DNA of 64,000 nt, from positions 40,089 to 104,088 of the forward strand of contig JBBRAT010000001.1 in NCBI GenBank assembly GCA_038206515.1, written 5' to 3'. Below the pieces are notes generated by a model. It saw nothing but the letters and a program-made list of their open reading frames with translations, was not told where the DNA came from and searched no databases. Shown here one piece after another: positions 1-8,395 of this stretch. Each line of letters opens with the position of its first letter. Position 1 is the stretch's first letter. The stretch comes from Anaerolineales bacterium. GTDB taxonomy: Bacteria; Chloroflexota; Anaerolineae; Anaerolineales; Anaerolineaceae. The position numbers and the translations under genes are program-made.

Positions 1-61
1 TAGCTGCCGGGCGCATCCCAAGCGAAGCAGAAATTACTGACTGGCTGAAGGCTTAATTTCG

Positions 62-100
62 TTAGGGCGGATTTATTAGGACCCGCCCTATATTTTTCTC
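62..100 (+). terminator. Rho-independent terminator for a plus-strand gene ending at about nt 56. Hairpin agggcgg...ccgccct followed by a T-run.
   Basis: Inverted repeat tagggcggatttattaggacccgcccta followed by tatttttctc, downstream of a TAA at 54-56. Confidence 0.5.
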
Positions 101-139
101 ACAACTTATTCAATCTATTGAATATTATAGGAATCTTGT

Positions 140-1186
140 ATGTACCAACCCCTCACACAACCCAACCAAAAGCCCCAATTGCGTACCTTTGCCCTGCTAG
201 CACTGATCACAGCTGCCTGGTTTGCGGCTTATAACCTCATCCAGCCGTTGGCTGATTGGATTTCCTACAGTGTATTCAACCTGACCCGCGGCTCTCATGT
301 GGGAGATGCAGTCGCATTCTTCCTGTATGACGTCCCAAAAATCATGCTGCTTCTATCTGGGATGATCTTCTTGATCTCGATTCTGCGCAGCTTCTTCAGC
401 CCAGAACGCACCCGCGCGCTGTTAGGCGGCAAGCGGCAGGGGATTGGCAACGTGCTGGCCGCTATGTTGGGGATTGTCACTCCGTTCTGTTCCTGTTCGG
501 CTGTGCCACTCTTTATCGGCTTCGTCGAAAGCGGCATCCCGCTGGGGGTGACGTTCTCGTTCCTGATTGCAGCGCCCACCATCAATGAAGTGGCAGTCGT
601 GATGCTCTTCGGCTTATTTGGTTGGAAAGTGGCTGGGTTATATATCGCCTCTGGACTGGTGATCGCCATCGTAGCCGGGATAGTGATCGGGCGATTAAAC
701 CTGGAACGCTATGTAGAAGATTTTGTATGGAAGATGCAGTCGAACGGGGTAGGCCTTACTGAAAAGCCGACTTGGACGGAGAGGATTGAGCGCGCCTGGG
801 ATTCGGTCAAAGAAATTGTCTACAAGGTCTGGCCGTATGTGCTGGTCGGGATCGCCATTGGGGCGGCTATTCACGGTTATGTGCCGGAGAGTGCCCTGGT
901 TGGGATCATGGGCAAGCAAGCCTGGTGGTCGGTGCCAGCGGCCGTGCTGCTGGGCGTACCGCTGTATTCAAACGCCGCCGGGGCCATTCCGATCGTCAGT
1001 GCCTTGATGGAAAAAGGCGCGTCGCTTGGGACTGTGCTGGCTTTCATGATGTCGGTTGTCGGTTTGAGCCTGCCGGAAGTAATCATCCTGCGCCGGGTAC
1101 TCAAACCCCAGCTCATCGCCGTGTTTGTTGGAACGGTGGCATTCGCAATTATCCTGACCGGGTATTTATTCAATTTAGTCTTATGA
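140..1186 (+). CDS. Predicted permease of the DUF318/ArsP-like family (COG0701-type), polytopic membrane protein with a CSCS motif.
   Basis: 348-aa hydrophobic ORF. The TPFCSCSAVPLF motif is typical of the COG0701 predicted-permease family. Two repeated halves with Gly/Ala-rich transmembrane segments. Confidence 0.6.
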   Translation: MYQPLTQPNQKPQLRTFALLALITAAWFAAYNLIQPLADWISYSVFNLTRGSHVGDAVAFFLYDVPKIMLLLSGMIFLISILRSFFSPERTRALLGGKRQGIGNVLAAMLGIVTPFCSCSAVPLFIGFVESGIPLGVTFSFLIAAPTINEVAVVMLFGLFGWKVAGLYIASGLVIAIVAGIVIGRLNLERYVEDFVWKMQSNGVGLTEKPTWTERIERAWDSVKEIVYKVWPYVLVGIAIGAAIHGYVPESALVGIMGKQAWWSVPAAVLLGVPLYSNAAGAIPIVSALMEKGASLGTVLAFMMSVVGLSLPEVIILRRVLKPQLIAVFVGTVAFAIILTGYLFNLVL

Positions 1187-1258
1187 TGTGATATCGGAAA
1201 GAGCCTGTAATCCACGTCCAGGAAGAATCTCAACATCATTGATAGCAATACCTACAGC

Positions 1259-1336
1259 AATACCTTCGCAAAAAAACATTCCTGTAGAGGTAGGGTTTGC
1301 CTTACTCCTACAGGAATGTTTTTTTGCGAAGGTATT
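1259..1336. terminator. Bidirectional rho-independent terminator between convergent genes: a perfect 29-bp stem with a 20-nt loop, containing A7/T7 runs.
   Basis: aataccttcgcaaaaaaacattcctgtag ... ctacaggaatgtttttttgcgaaggtatt are exact reverse complements. It lies between the permease (+, ends 1186) and the kinase (-, ends 1347). Confidence 0.6.
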
Positions 1337-1346
1337 GTACTGGATG

Positions 1347-2345
1347 TTATTTAAGGTTAAAGAGGGTAAATAACAAACTGAGCATTGCCAGTCCGGCTGT
1401 CACCCATAACAAGACGCGCTCTGGGTAGCCTTGCAGGTAACGCCGGATAGAAGGGGTGGGGCGGGCGGTATCGGAGGCGCGCAGAATGGGGTGATAATTC
1501 CCCAACAGGCTTTCGCGGAAGATTTGCACGTTCTGCGGGCGGTCATCGGGGTGCAGGGTCATCGCCCACAGGATAGCTTTCTCGGTGCGCTGGCCGATGT
1601 CTGCGTTAATCTGGCGCGGTGGGAGCAAACGCGCTGGGTCTAAGAAGCGTTCGCGCGCATCGGCGGGCGGTTGGTTGGTGAGCAGGTGATAGAGGGTTGC
1701 CCCAAAGGCGTAAATATCGGTGCGCGCGTCTGTGTGACCGCTATCGCCGCCATATTGCTCCAGGGGGGTATACAGGGCTGTCCCCTGCCCTTGCAGGATG
1801 GTGATGGTCACTTCGCCAGGGGCAAGCAGCTTCACCAGTCCAAAATCAACCAGTTTTAACAGTCCGCTGGGGGTTAACTTCAGGTTAGAGGGTTTAATGT
1901 CACGGTGCAGAATGGGCGGATTCTGACTATGCAGGTAGATCAGCGCATCCGCCAACTGGCTGGACCAGTTCAGCACGTCTTCTTCATCCAAAAATTGATT
2001 GGTCCGGCGAGCTTCAATCATCAAGGTACGCAGGTCTTTGCCAGGCACAAAATCCATCACCAGATAATCGCGGTTGCCAATGGAGAAAAAGTCAGAGACT
2101 TTGGGTAAATTCGGGTGATCCAGGCGCGCCAAAACAGTGGCTTCGCGTTGAAATTGCTCGCGAGCTTCGCGGATCATTTCCATTTGCAGCGACCGGTCGT
2201 GTTCGACTTCTTTGAGAGCGCAAGCGCGTCCTTCCAAACGCAAATCATCCGCCAGGTAAATACTCCCCATACCGCCCTGACCAATAATCCGCCGAATTTT
2301 ATACCGACCGCGCAGAATCTCCCCTGATTTGAGTGGGATAGGCAT
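1347..2345 (-). CDS. Ser/Thr protein kinase (Hanks-type) with a C-terminal transmembrane anchor.
   Basis: Gly-loop GQGGMGSIY, VAIK-like ALKE, catalytic HRDIKPSNL, DFG motif, and APE-like TPLE. C-terminal hydrophobic helix LLWVTAGLAMLSLLFTLF. Confidence 0.9.
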   Translation of the reverse strand: MPIPLKSGEILRGRYKIRRIIGQGGMGSIYLADDLRLEGRACALKEVEHDRSLQMEMIREAREQFQREATVLARLDHPNLPKVSDFFSIGNRDYLVMDFVPGKDLRTLMIEARRTNQFLDEEDVLNWSSQLADALIYLHSQNPPILHRDIKPSNLKLTPSGLLKLVDFGLVKLLAPGEVTITILQGQGTALYTPLEQYGGDSGHTDARTDIYAFGATLYHLLTNQPPADARERFLDPARLLPPRQINADIGQRTEKAILWAMTLHPDDRPQNVQIFRESLLGNYHPILRASDTARPTPSIRRYLQGYPERVLLWVTAGLAMLSLLFTLFNLK

Positions 2346-2565
2346 AGCGCGTCTTCTTTCTTTTCTCTCTTCTGGCTTTTGGGTAAGGCGACTGCCCGCT
2401 TACGAATAGAAAGATGGCGTTCTCCACTCGTGCTGATCTACGGCGTACTACCAGCCTTACCAAAAGGCAAATTATCTGCTATATTATACCTGAACTGCAC
2501 CGTATTTCACGATCAAGGCATAGGTTCGTTGGGGATTGGCGTAGTGATTTATAAGAAGTTATTTT

Positions 2566-2604
2566 CATATTTATTTTTGTCGTTCCGCGACAAAAATAAA
2601 TATG
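2566..2604. promoter_or_regulatory. Perfect AT-rich palindrome with 17-nt arms (catatttatttttgtcg ttccg cgacaaaaataaatatg) in the divergent kinase/FHA-regulator intergenic region. Candidate operator.
   Basis: Exact inverted repeat seen in the sequence. Located 40 nt upstream of the FHA-wHTH gene start and about 220 nt upstream of the kinase start. Confidence 0.4.
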
Positions 2605-2646
2605 AAAAAGAATTTTAGAATAGGCTTATTCTTGGGAGGGTGAGAG

Positions 2647-3327
2647 ATGGAGAGACGGGCGGGGGGAGGGGAATTACCAGTGTTAATCGGTCAAACCGGT
2701 CCGCTAAACGGTCAGCGATGGGCGGTGGGGCATGATTTAATCATTGGACGAGACGCCTCGTGCGATATTATCATCCCAGACCGGCAAATTTCCCGCTTCC
2801 ATGCCCGCTTTTCCCCCAAAGAGGAGGGCGTTCTACTGGAAGACCTGGGCAGCAAGAATGGCACGTATCACAACGGTCAACGGCTGGAAGGCGACCCGAT
2901 CTTATTAGGCGATGGTGATTTGGTTCAGGTGGCGCTGGTGCAGCATTTTGTCTTCCTTAGCTCGGATGCCACTATGCCGCTTGACCTGGAACCTCTGCCG
3001 GCAAAGAAACCTGCCCTGGCTGGAGGCTTAACTCTAGACATTCGCTCGCGGCGAGTGTGGGTCAATGACAAAGAAGTTCTGCCGCCGCTCTCTGTGCCTC
3101 AATTTCACCTGCTACAAACCCTCTATGAACAAGAAGGTCGCGTGGTAGAACGCCAAGACCTGATTGATATTATCTGGGGCGAAGATGAAGCGATTGGCGT
3201 TTCAGAGCAAGCCTTTGACGCCCTGGTGCGCCGCCTGCGTGATCGCCTGACCCTCATTGACCCAACTCATAATTACATTATCACCGTGCGCGGGCATGGA
3301 TTAAGGTTAGATCATTCGGGTGGGTAA
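2647..3327 (+). CDS. FHA-domain protein fused to a C-terminal OmpR/winged-helix (trans_reg_C) DNA-binding domain.
   Basis: FHA signature (GRDASCDIII...SRFHARF...GSKNGTYHNGQRL). C-terminal wHTH (LLQTLYEQEGRVVERQDLID...ITVRGHGLRL). RBS GGGAGGG upstream of the ATG. Confidence 0.8.
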   Translation: MERRAGGGELPVLIGQTGPLNGQRWAVGHDLIIGRDASCDIIIPDRQISRFHARFSPKEEGVLLEDLGSKNGTYHNGQRLEGDPILLGDGDLVQVALVQHFVFLSSDATMPLDLEPLPAKKPALAGGLTLDIRSRRVWVNDKEVLPPLSVPQFHLLQTLYEQEGRVVERQDLIDIIWGEDEAIGVSEQAFDALVRRLRDRLTLIDPTHNYIITVRGHGLRLDHSGG

Positions 3328-3335
3328 ACTTTCGT

Positions 3336-4118
3336 TTATTCCGTAATGGGCAATATTCCCCTACACTTTGGATAATTGACGCAACCATAAAATTGCTTGC
3401 CTGCCTGATTGCCGTTTTTAACAGTTCTCAGCACCATGGGCGTACCACACTTTGGGCAATTGGGGGGTTGCGTGCTGCCCTTTTCCTGTGTCAGAGGGGC
3501 AACTGATGCAGATTGTACTTCAGCAGGAGCGATTGCGCGCCCGGTCTGATTTTTTTGGATGACTCCTCGAAACAAAACGCCGAGTTCAGCGGTGTTATAA
3601 CTGGCGCGCACGGGAACGTGTAACAGCGGAAGATTTGCTGCTTCAAAGACGCCGTCCACGAATTCATCCCGTTCGATGCGATCCGGGCGGGTGTGGCTGC
3701 TATCATCCAATTCAATTGCAAAGACAGGAGTCATGGTTTGCGCATTGCAAATCAGAAAATCCACGTGCTTGCGGTCAATGCGGTTACGAGCGCTTTTATT
3801 TTCATTCGGGTTGGTCACATAAAAAATATCTGCCAGAGAAACCTTTGTGCAAAGCGTGAAGGTATTCCCCATTATCCCTTTGACAATCAGGTAAAAAGAT
3901 TTTTCGGCTGGTGAGAGAAAGTCGTCCCGTAGACGATATGGAAAAGTGTCTGCTTCTGCCGAGATTGTCTTTTCTTCCGTTTTCCCTCCAAACGGGTTAA
4001 AGAGCGCGGAGAGGCATCCCTTATTTTTCTCTGGCGAGGCATTTCTACTCATGGGCTTTTCTTTCTGACGTTCGGTAATCGCTTTTGGTCGAATGGGAGA
4101 AAAACTGATCTCCCACAC
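3336..4118 (-). CDS. DUF2726 (NERD/restriction-endonuclease-like) domain protein with a C-terminal topoisomerase-type C4 zinc ribbon.
   Basis: DUF2726-like core (FLSPAEKSFY...KVSLADIF...HVDFLICN). C-terminal CPKCGTPMVLR...FYGCVNYPKCRG matches a topo-IA-like zinc ribbon. Start is uncertain (GTG at 4118 or ATG at 4052). Confidence 0.6.
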   Translation of the reverse strand: MWEISFSPIRPKAITERQKEKPMSRNASPEKNKGCLSALFNPFGGKTEEKTISAEADTFPYRLRDDFLSPAEKSFYLIVKGIMGNTFTLCTKVSLADIFYVTNPNENKSARNRIDRKHVDFLICNAQTMTPVFAIELDDSSHTRPDRIERDEFVDGVFEAANLPLLHVPVRASYNTAELGVLFRGVIQKNQTGRAIAPAEVQSASVAPLTQEKGSTQPPNCPKCGTPMVLRTVKNGNQAGKQFYGCVNYPKCRGILPITE

Positions 4119-4157
4119 CGTAGGATGCAGGAGATCAGTTTTTTGGCATAATTCAGG

Positions 4158-5507
4158 CTACTTCTTCAGGTTATTTTCCATGGAGAAGCGCACCGCCGAG
4201 CGATAGACGCTCTGTAGTTGTTGCGCCATCTCTTTTTGCCCTTGTCCCTCCAGTTGGCTGACCAATTGGGAGAGCAGTTCCAAGAATTTTGGGGTCACGT
4301 CATCGGCGTGGGATTGCAAAATTTCTTTTCGCGCGGCTTCATCTTCTGCGCCCATTAATTCTTCCGCTAAATCCAACTCGGCAGGCGGGGTGGATGCGCG
4401 TTGAATGACCTCTACCACTTTTTGCAACTTTTCCATGCGAGCCATATCGCCTTTGCCGCGCGATTCTTCCAGTTCGGTGCGCAGCGCCTCAGCAAAGAAG
4501 TCATCCATGTTATTAAAGGCTTCGGTGGTGGCTTTTTCCACGTCCTCTGCCGTCAGGATTTGTTCCAGCAGCTTACGTGAAGCATCCAGCTGTTCTTTGA
4601 CACGCTTATCAATTTCTTCGATCAGCTTCAGCATGTGATCACGCAAGGTGGCGAGCTTTTCTTGTTCTTCGCCGGTCGCGGTGTCAACCCGCGTGGTGAG
4701 GACGTTGAAGAATTCATCATCCATACCCGAACGCGCCATGCTAATCATGGTGGTCAGCTGGGTCTCGCTGGGCGCGGAGATCATCAAGTCCAACAGTTTT
4801 TCACGGGTCAAGCCGCTTTCGCTGGCGGCTTGCAAAGATTTCACGGCTGTCTGCACATCCTGCGATTGCGCTTGCAGCTTGCGCCCAATTTCAGTCAGGG
4901 GCAAAATCTCTTGTTGGAGGGCAGCCAGGGCGCGGGCGGTGTTTTCATCGCCACTTTGGGAAGAGGCTTCAATGACGCGGTTCATAATTTCAAAGAAACG
5001 CTCATCGATCAGTTTTTCATCCTGGCGGATGATGTCCTGGCGCACTTCCGCGCTGGATGCGGTAATTAATCGCTGAAGAAGGTTCAGGCGCGCCTGAGAG
5101 GCTTCCATCATTTCGCGGGTGATGCCTTCGCCTTCCAGCACTTTGTCCATCATCAGCTGCAAGGTGAACATGGTCTGCGGGCGCAGCAGGTAGGCTTTGC
5201 GTTTTTCGGGGGGCAGAGCATTCAGCACCTTGGTAATCATGGGACCAATCAGGCGTTCCTGCTCGTTAACCGGCAGACCCAGGTCGGGTGGGAAGTAGGT
5301 CAACAGCAGTTCTTTCTCAGGGTCATGGTAGACGATCGGGGTACTGAGCGGGCCCTGATAGCCGCAATGAGGACAATTGGCAACGTTGGAGTTGCCGGAA
5401 AGAAAGCGCTGCTTGGCGCTTGGGTCTGCGCCGACATCAAATAACTGTTCCATCTCCGCCACAATGGGCTGTCGGCAACGTGGGCAACTGATCTGAACTT
5501 TAGCCAT
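4158..5507 (-). CDS. CpXC-domain protein: an N-terminal double CxxC zinc ribbon followed by a long helical region.
   Basis: N-terminal SCPRCRQ ... CPHCGY pair with CpXC-like spacing. The remaining 380 aa are acidic/helical and low-complexity. Confidence 0.55.
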   Translation of the reverse strand: MAKVQISCPRCRQPIVAEMEQLFDVGADPSAKQRFLSGNSNVANCPHCGYQGPLSTPIVYHDPEKELLLTYFPPDLGLPVNEQERLIGPMITKVLNALPPEKRKAYLLRPQTMFTLQLMMDKVLEGEGITREMMEASQARLNLLQRLITASSAEVRQDIIRQDEKLIDERFFEIMNRVIEASSQSGDENTARALAALQQEILPLTEIGRKLQAQSQDVQTAVKSLQAASESGLTREKLLDLMISAPSETQLTTMISMARSGMDDEFFNVLTTRVDTATGEEQEKLATLRDHMLKLIEEIDKRVKEQLDASRKLLEQILTAEDVEKATTEAFNNMDDFFAEALRTELEESRGKGDMARMEKLQKVVEVIQRASTPPAELDLAEELMGAEDEAARKEILQSHADDVTPKFLELLSQLVSQLEGQGQKEMAQQLQSVYRSAVRFSMENNLKK

Positions 5508-5560
5508 GCAATTCCCTCACTCTTAAATAAATTTAATCAGGCAGAATGCTGCCTGGGCTA

Positions 5561-7306
5561 TTATACTACCGCTTTTGGGGGTTGCACCCCGGCAGCGACT
5601 GGCAAAGAAAAGCAAATATTCGCGCCCTTGCCGGGAGCATTATCCACCCAAATACGCCCATCATGGGCTTCGATGAGGGCGCGCGCCAGGTAAAGCCCCA
5701 GTCCTGCGCCTTTGGTTTGCTTTGCCATTTCGGGGGCGCGGTAGAATCGGTCAAAAATGTGTGGAATATCCTGCGGGGCGATGCCTGGACCTTCATCGCT
5801 GACGCAGATAATCACATTATCACCGCGCGCCTGCCCGCTGATGCGAATTTCTCCGCCAGGGGCATATTTGATGGCGTTATTCACCAGGTTCGAAAGCACC
5901 TGCTCCAGCCGGACTTCATCCGCCAGGACGATGGGGAACTCGGGCGGAAAATCCACCACCAAAGTATGGCGGGTGGTCTGGATTTGCAAACGATTTGCCA
6001 CGCGCCTTGCCAGTGCATCCAACGCCAGGTCTGCTCGTTTGATGGCGAGCGCGCCAGCTTGCAGGCGAGAGGCGTCCAACAGGTTTTCAATCATGCCAGT
6101 CAGGCGATCCGCTTCTTCTTCGATAATCGCCAAGCTTTCCTGCACCATTTTGCCATCCCAATGGGCATCTTCCAGGCGCAGGGTGCTGACGTAGCCTTTA
6201 ATCAAGGCGACCGGCGTTTTCAACTCGTGGCTGATGATGGAAATAAACGTACCTTTTAGCTCATCCGCCTGCCGGAAGCGGGTAATATCGCGAACAGTGG
6301 CGACAATATTCAACAGCTTGCCATCTGGGGTCAGCAGGGGTGTATATGCCACGCCAACGGGCAAGGGCGGACGTTTTTCGCGCTTCAGGTCGCCTTCTAC
6401 GTAAAGATGCGCATGTGGGGTGAGGGGCCAGCCGCCTGATTCGGCTTGTTCCAGGGTCATGCCCTGGGGGTGACGATCCCACTGCATAAGTTGTTCATGG
6501 GGCTTGCCCTGAATTTGCTCCATCGGTAGCCCCACCAGGCGGGTAAAAGCCGGGTTACAGCGTTCGACCAGGTTGTCCGCGTTCAGGATAATGACTCCAT
6601 CTGCAAGTGAATCAAGCAGGGCATTCACCCGCTCCTTTTCGTGATTCACTTGCGCGTATAGCTGGGCGTTTTGTACGGCAATGGCTGCCTGGTTGGCAAA
6701 GCTGTTGAGCAGGGCGTAATCATTGGAGGAAAAGACGCCCGAATAGCTGCGGAAGACAAACAGCAGCCCCACCACCTTCTGCCGGGCGATTAGCGGCAGT
6801 CCGATGCTGGTGGGCAGGGATAAGCCGATGCTGTGGGTTAAATCATTGAGCAGGCGATTAATTTCAGAGAGTTCAAAGTGATCGGGGTTAACATCATCAG
6901 GGATTTGTTGCAGCAGGGTTTCGACCAGCTTGACGAACGGCTTTGGCATGTGATGAGAAACCACCACTTGCCAGGTATTGGCTTCAGAGCGCAGGGCGAT
7001 GAGACCGGCTTGCCCCGCCAGCATTTCAACCGCGATTTTTAAAATGCGCTCCAGGAGCTTATCCAGGTCAAGCTCTTGGGTGAGCGCGCGAGCAATTTCC
7101 AGAAGGTAATCACGCTGACGAATGCGAAAGTCAGGTAGCATCAAACTTTGCCCCCGATCTTTGTAAACGGCTGAAAGATTCTTAGCTGAAGGAACATCTT
7201 GACATCGTCGTTTCCTCAGGCATCGCTGCATTTGTAGTGGCTTCCAGCAGAGAGCCTGACAATGATCAGACAATTTCTGTTTTGCAGAGAATTGCTTGAA
7301 TATCAC
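5561..7306 (-). CDS. Sensor histidine kinase with GAF and PAS sensory domains (HisKA + HATPase_c). The real start is probably near 7145 (MLPDFRIRQ...).
   Basis: H-box SHELKTP. N, G1 and G2 boxes (NLVNNAIKYA, DEGPGI, GAGLGLYLA). The upstream 50 codons of the ORF overlap repeat element A and are probably not coding. Confidence 0.85.
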   Translation of the reverse strand: MIFKQFSAKQKLSDHCQALCWKPLQMQRCLRKRRCQDVPSAKNLSAVYKDRGQSLMLPDFRIRQRDYLLEIARALTQELDLDKLLERILKIAVEMLAGQAGLIALRSEANTWQVVVSHHMPKPFVKLVETLLQQIPDDVNPDHFELSEINRLLNDLTHSIGLSLPTSIGLPLIARQKVVGLLFVFRSYSGVFSSNDYALLNSFANQAAIAVQNAQLYAQVNHEKERVNALLDSLADGVIILNADNLVERCNPAFTRLVGLPMEQIQGKPHEQLMQWDRHPQGMTLEQAESGGWPLTPHAHLYVEGDLKREKRPPLPVGVAYTPLLTPDGKLLNIVATVRDITRFRQADELKGTFISIISHELKTPVALIKGYVSTLRLEDAHWDGKMVQESLAIIEEEADRLTGMIENLLDASRLQAGALAIKRADLALDALARRVANRLQIQTTRHTLVVDFPPEFPIVLADEVRLEQVLSNLVNNAIKYAPGGEIRISGQARGDNVIICVSDEGPGIAPQDIPHIFDRFYRAPEMAKQTKGAGLGLYLARALIEAHDGRIWVDNAPGKGANICFSLPVAAGVQPPKAVV

Positions 7307-7335
7307 CAGGTTCTCTGCTGGAAGCCACTACAAAG
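7231..7335. repeat. Copy A of a roughly 105-nt structured intergenic element: a 28-bp outer stem (tttgtagtggcttccagcagagagcctg / caggttctctgctggaagccactacaaag) enclosing a conserved about 50-nt core.
   Basis: About 80% identical to copy B at 19288-19390. The stems differ by compensatory changes. Lies between the ROK kinase and the histidine kinase. Confidence 0.5.
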
Positions 7336-7356
7336 CTTGGGATGATGGAGTGGCGA

Positions 7357-8319
7357 TCAATCGGAGAATGCTATTTTTTTGAGCGAGGTATGCGCCAATG
7401 CCAGGGCGCCGAGCAGACCAGCGTCATCCCCCAAAGCTGCGGTGGTAACCACCAGCCCCTGCATATATTCGGGGGAGATAACCGTTTCGGCGATGGCGAC
7501 ACGCATTGGGTCGAGTAAGAAGTGACCGCTGCGTGATACGCCGCCGCCAATGATAATAATGGTTGGGTTGAACAAGTGCAAATAATCCCCCACGGCGCGA
7601 CCGATGTAACCGCCAGCGCGCGCGAATGCCGACTGCGCCAGCTGATCGCCCTGTTCGGCGGCGATGCTAATATCTAACCCAGTGGGGTTTGCCAGCTCGG
7701 AGAGAGACGAGGGGACGCCTTGCGCCAGTTGTTCTTTGACAAAGCGACCAATGGCCGTGCCGGAAGCGTAAGCCTCCAGATGCCCACGATGACCGCAGCC
7801 ACACATGGGACCATCTGGTGAAACGGTGACATGCCCCATTTCAGCCGCCAAGCCGTGCGAGCCAAGCAGCAGCCGGTCGTCAACGATGACGCCACCGCCG
7901 ATACCCGTGCTGATGGTCAGGTAGATCAGGTCGTGATGACCTTGCCCTGCGCCGTAATACCACTCACCCAAAGCAGCCAGGTTTGCGTCATTGCCCAGAA
8001 AAACGGGGACTTGAAATCGCTCGTTAAGAATCTGAACAATGGGCAGCCGTTCCCAGCCAGGGATGTTTGGAGCAACGTAAATGATCCCCAATTGGGGGTT
8101 GCTTGGCCCCGGTGTGGCAACTGCAATGGCGCGCACAGTGTCATTGGCGGGCCAAATTTCGGCAATCAGATCGATTAATCGCTCCAGCGGTGACCCGCTT
8201 TTGCCCTGTGTGGGAACTCGCTTCTGTTTGGAAGGACGAGTTTCCTCGGCTGGATAAACAGCCGCGCGTATTTGGGTTCCCCCAATGTCAATGGCGATGA
8301 TTGTGTCCATACAAGTCAA
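7357..8319 (-). CDS. ROK-family sugar kinase (glucokinase-like).
   Basis: N-terminal IAIDIGGTQIR ATP-binding motif. ROK zinc motif CGCGHRGHLE. Family-typical ...GLGGGVI... pattern. Confidence 0.85.
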   Translation of the reverse strand: MTCMDTIIAIDIGGTQIRAAVYPAEETRPSKQKRVPTQGKSGSPLERLIDLIAEIWPANDTVRAIAVATPGPSNPQLGIIYVAPNIPGWERLPIVQILNERFQVPVFLGNDANLAALGEWYYGAGQGHHDLIYLTISTGIGGGVIVDDRLLLGSHGLAAEMGHVTVSPDGPMCGCGHRGHLEAYASGTAIGRFVKEQLAQGVPSSLSELANPTGLDISIAAEQGDQLAQSAFARAGGYIGRAVGDYLHLFNPTIIIIGGGVSRSGHFLLDPMRVAIAETVISPEYMQGLVVTTAALGDDAGLLGALALAHTSLKKIAFSD

Positions 8320-8357
8320 TATTATAGCATGATTTCACTTTTTTTTAGACCGCTTCG

Positions 8358-8386
8358 TTGACGTTTTTTTCAAAGACTGCTATGAT
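8358..8386 (+). promoter_or_regulatory. Sigma70-like promoter candidate TTGACG-17-TATGAT upstream of the yvcK-like gene.
   Basis: Hexamers and 17-nt spacing read directly from the sequence. The -10 is only 10 nt from the first ATG, so the start is leaderless or at a later Met. Confidence 0.4.
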
Positions 8387-8395
8387 GAACAGCGT

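Noticed and set aside
5546-6259. 237-aa plus-strand ORF (and 5757-6194) inside the histidine-kinase gene
   Set aside because: Antisense to a strongly supported HisKA/HATPase coding region. No domain. A typical GC-rich shadow ORF.
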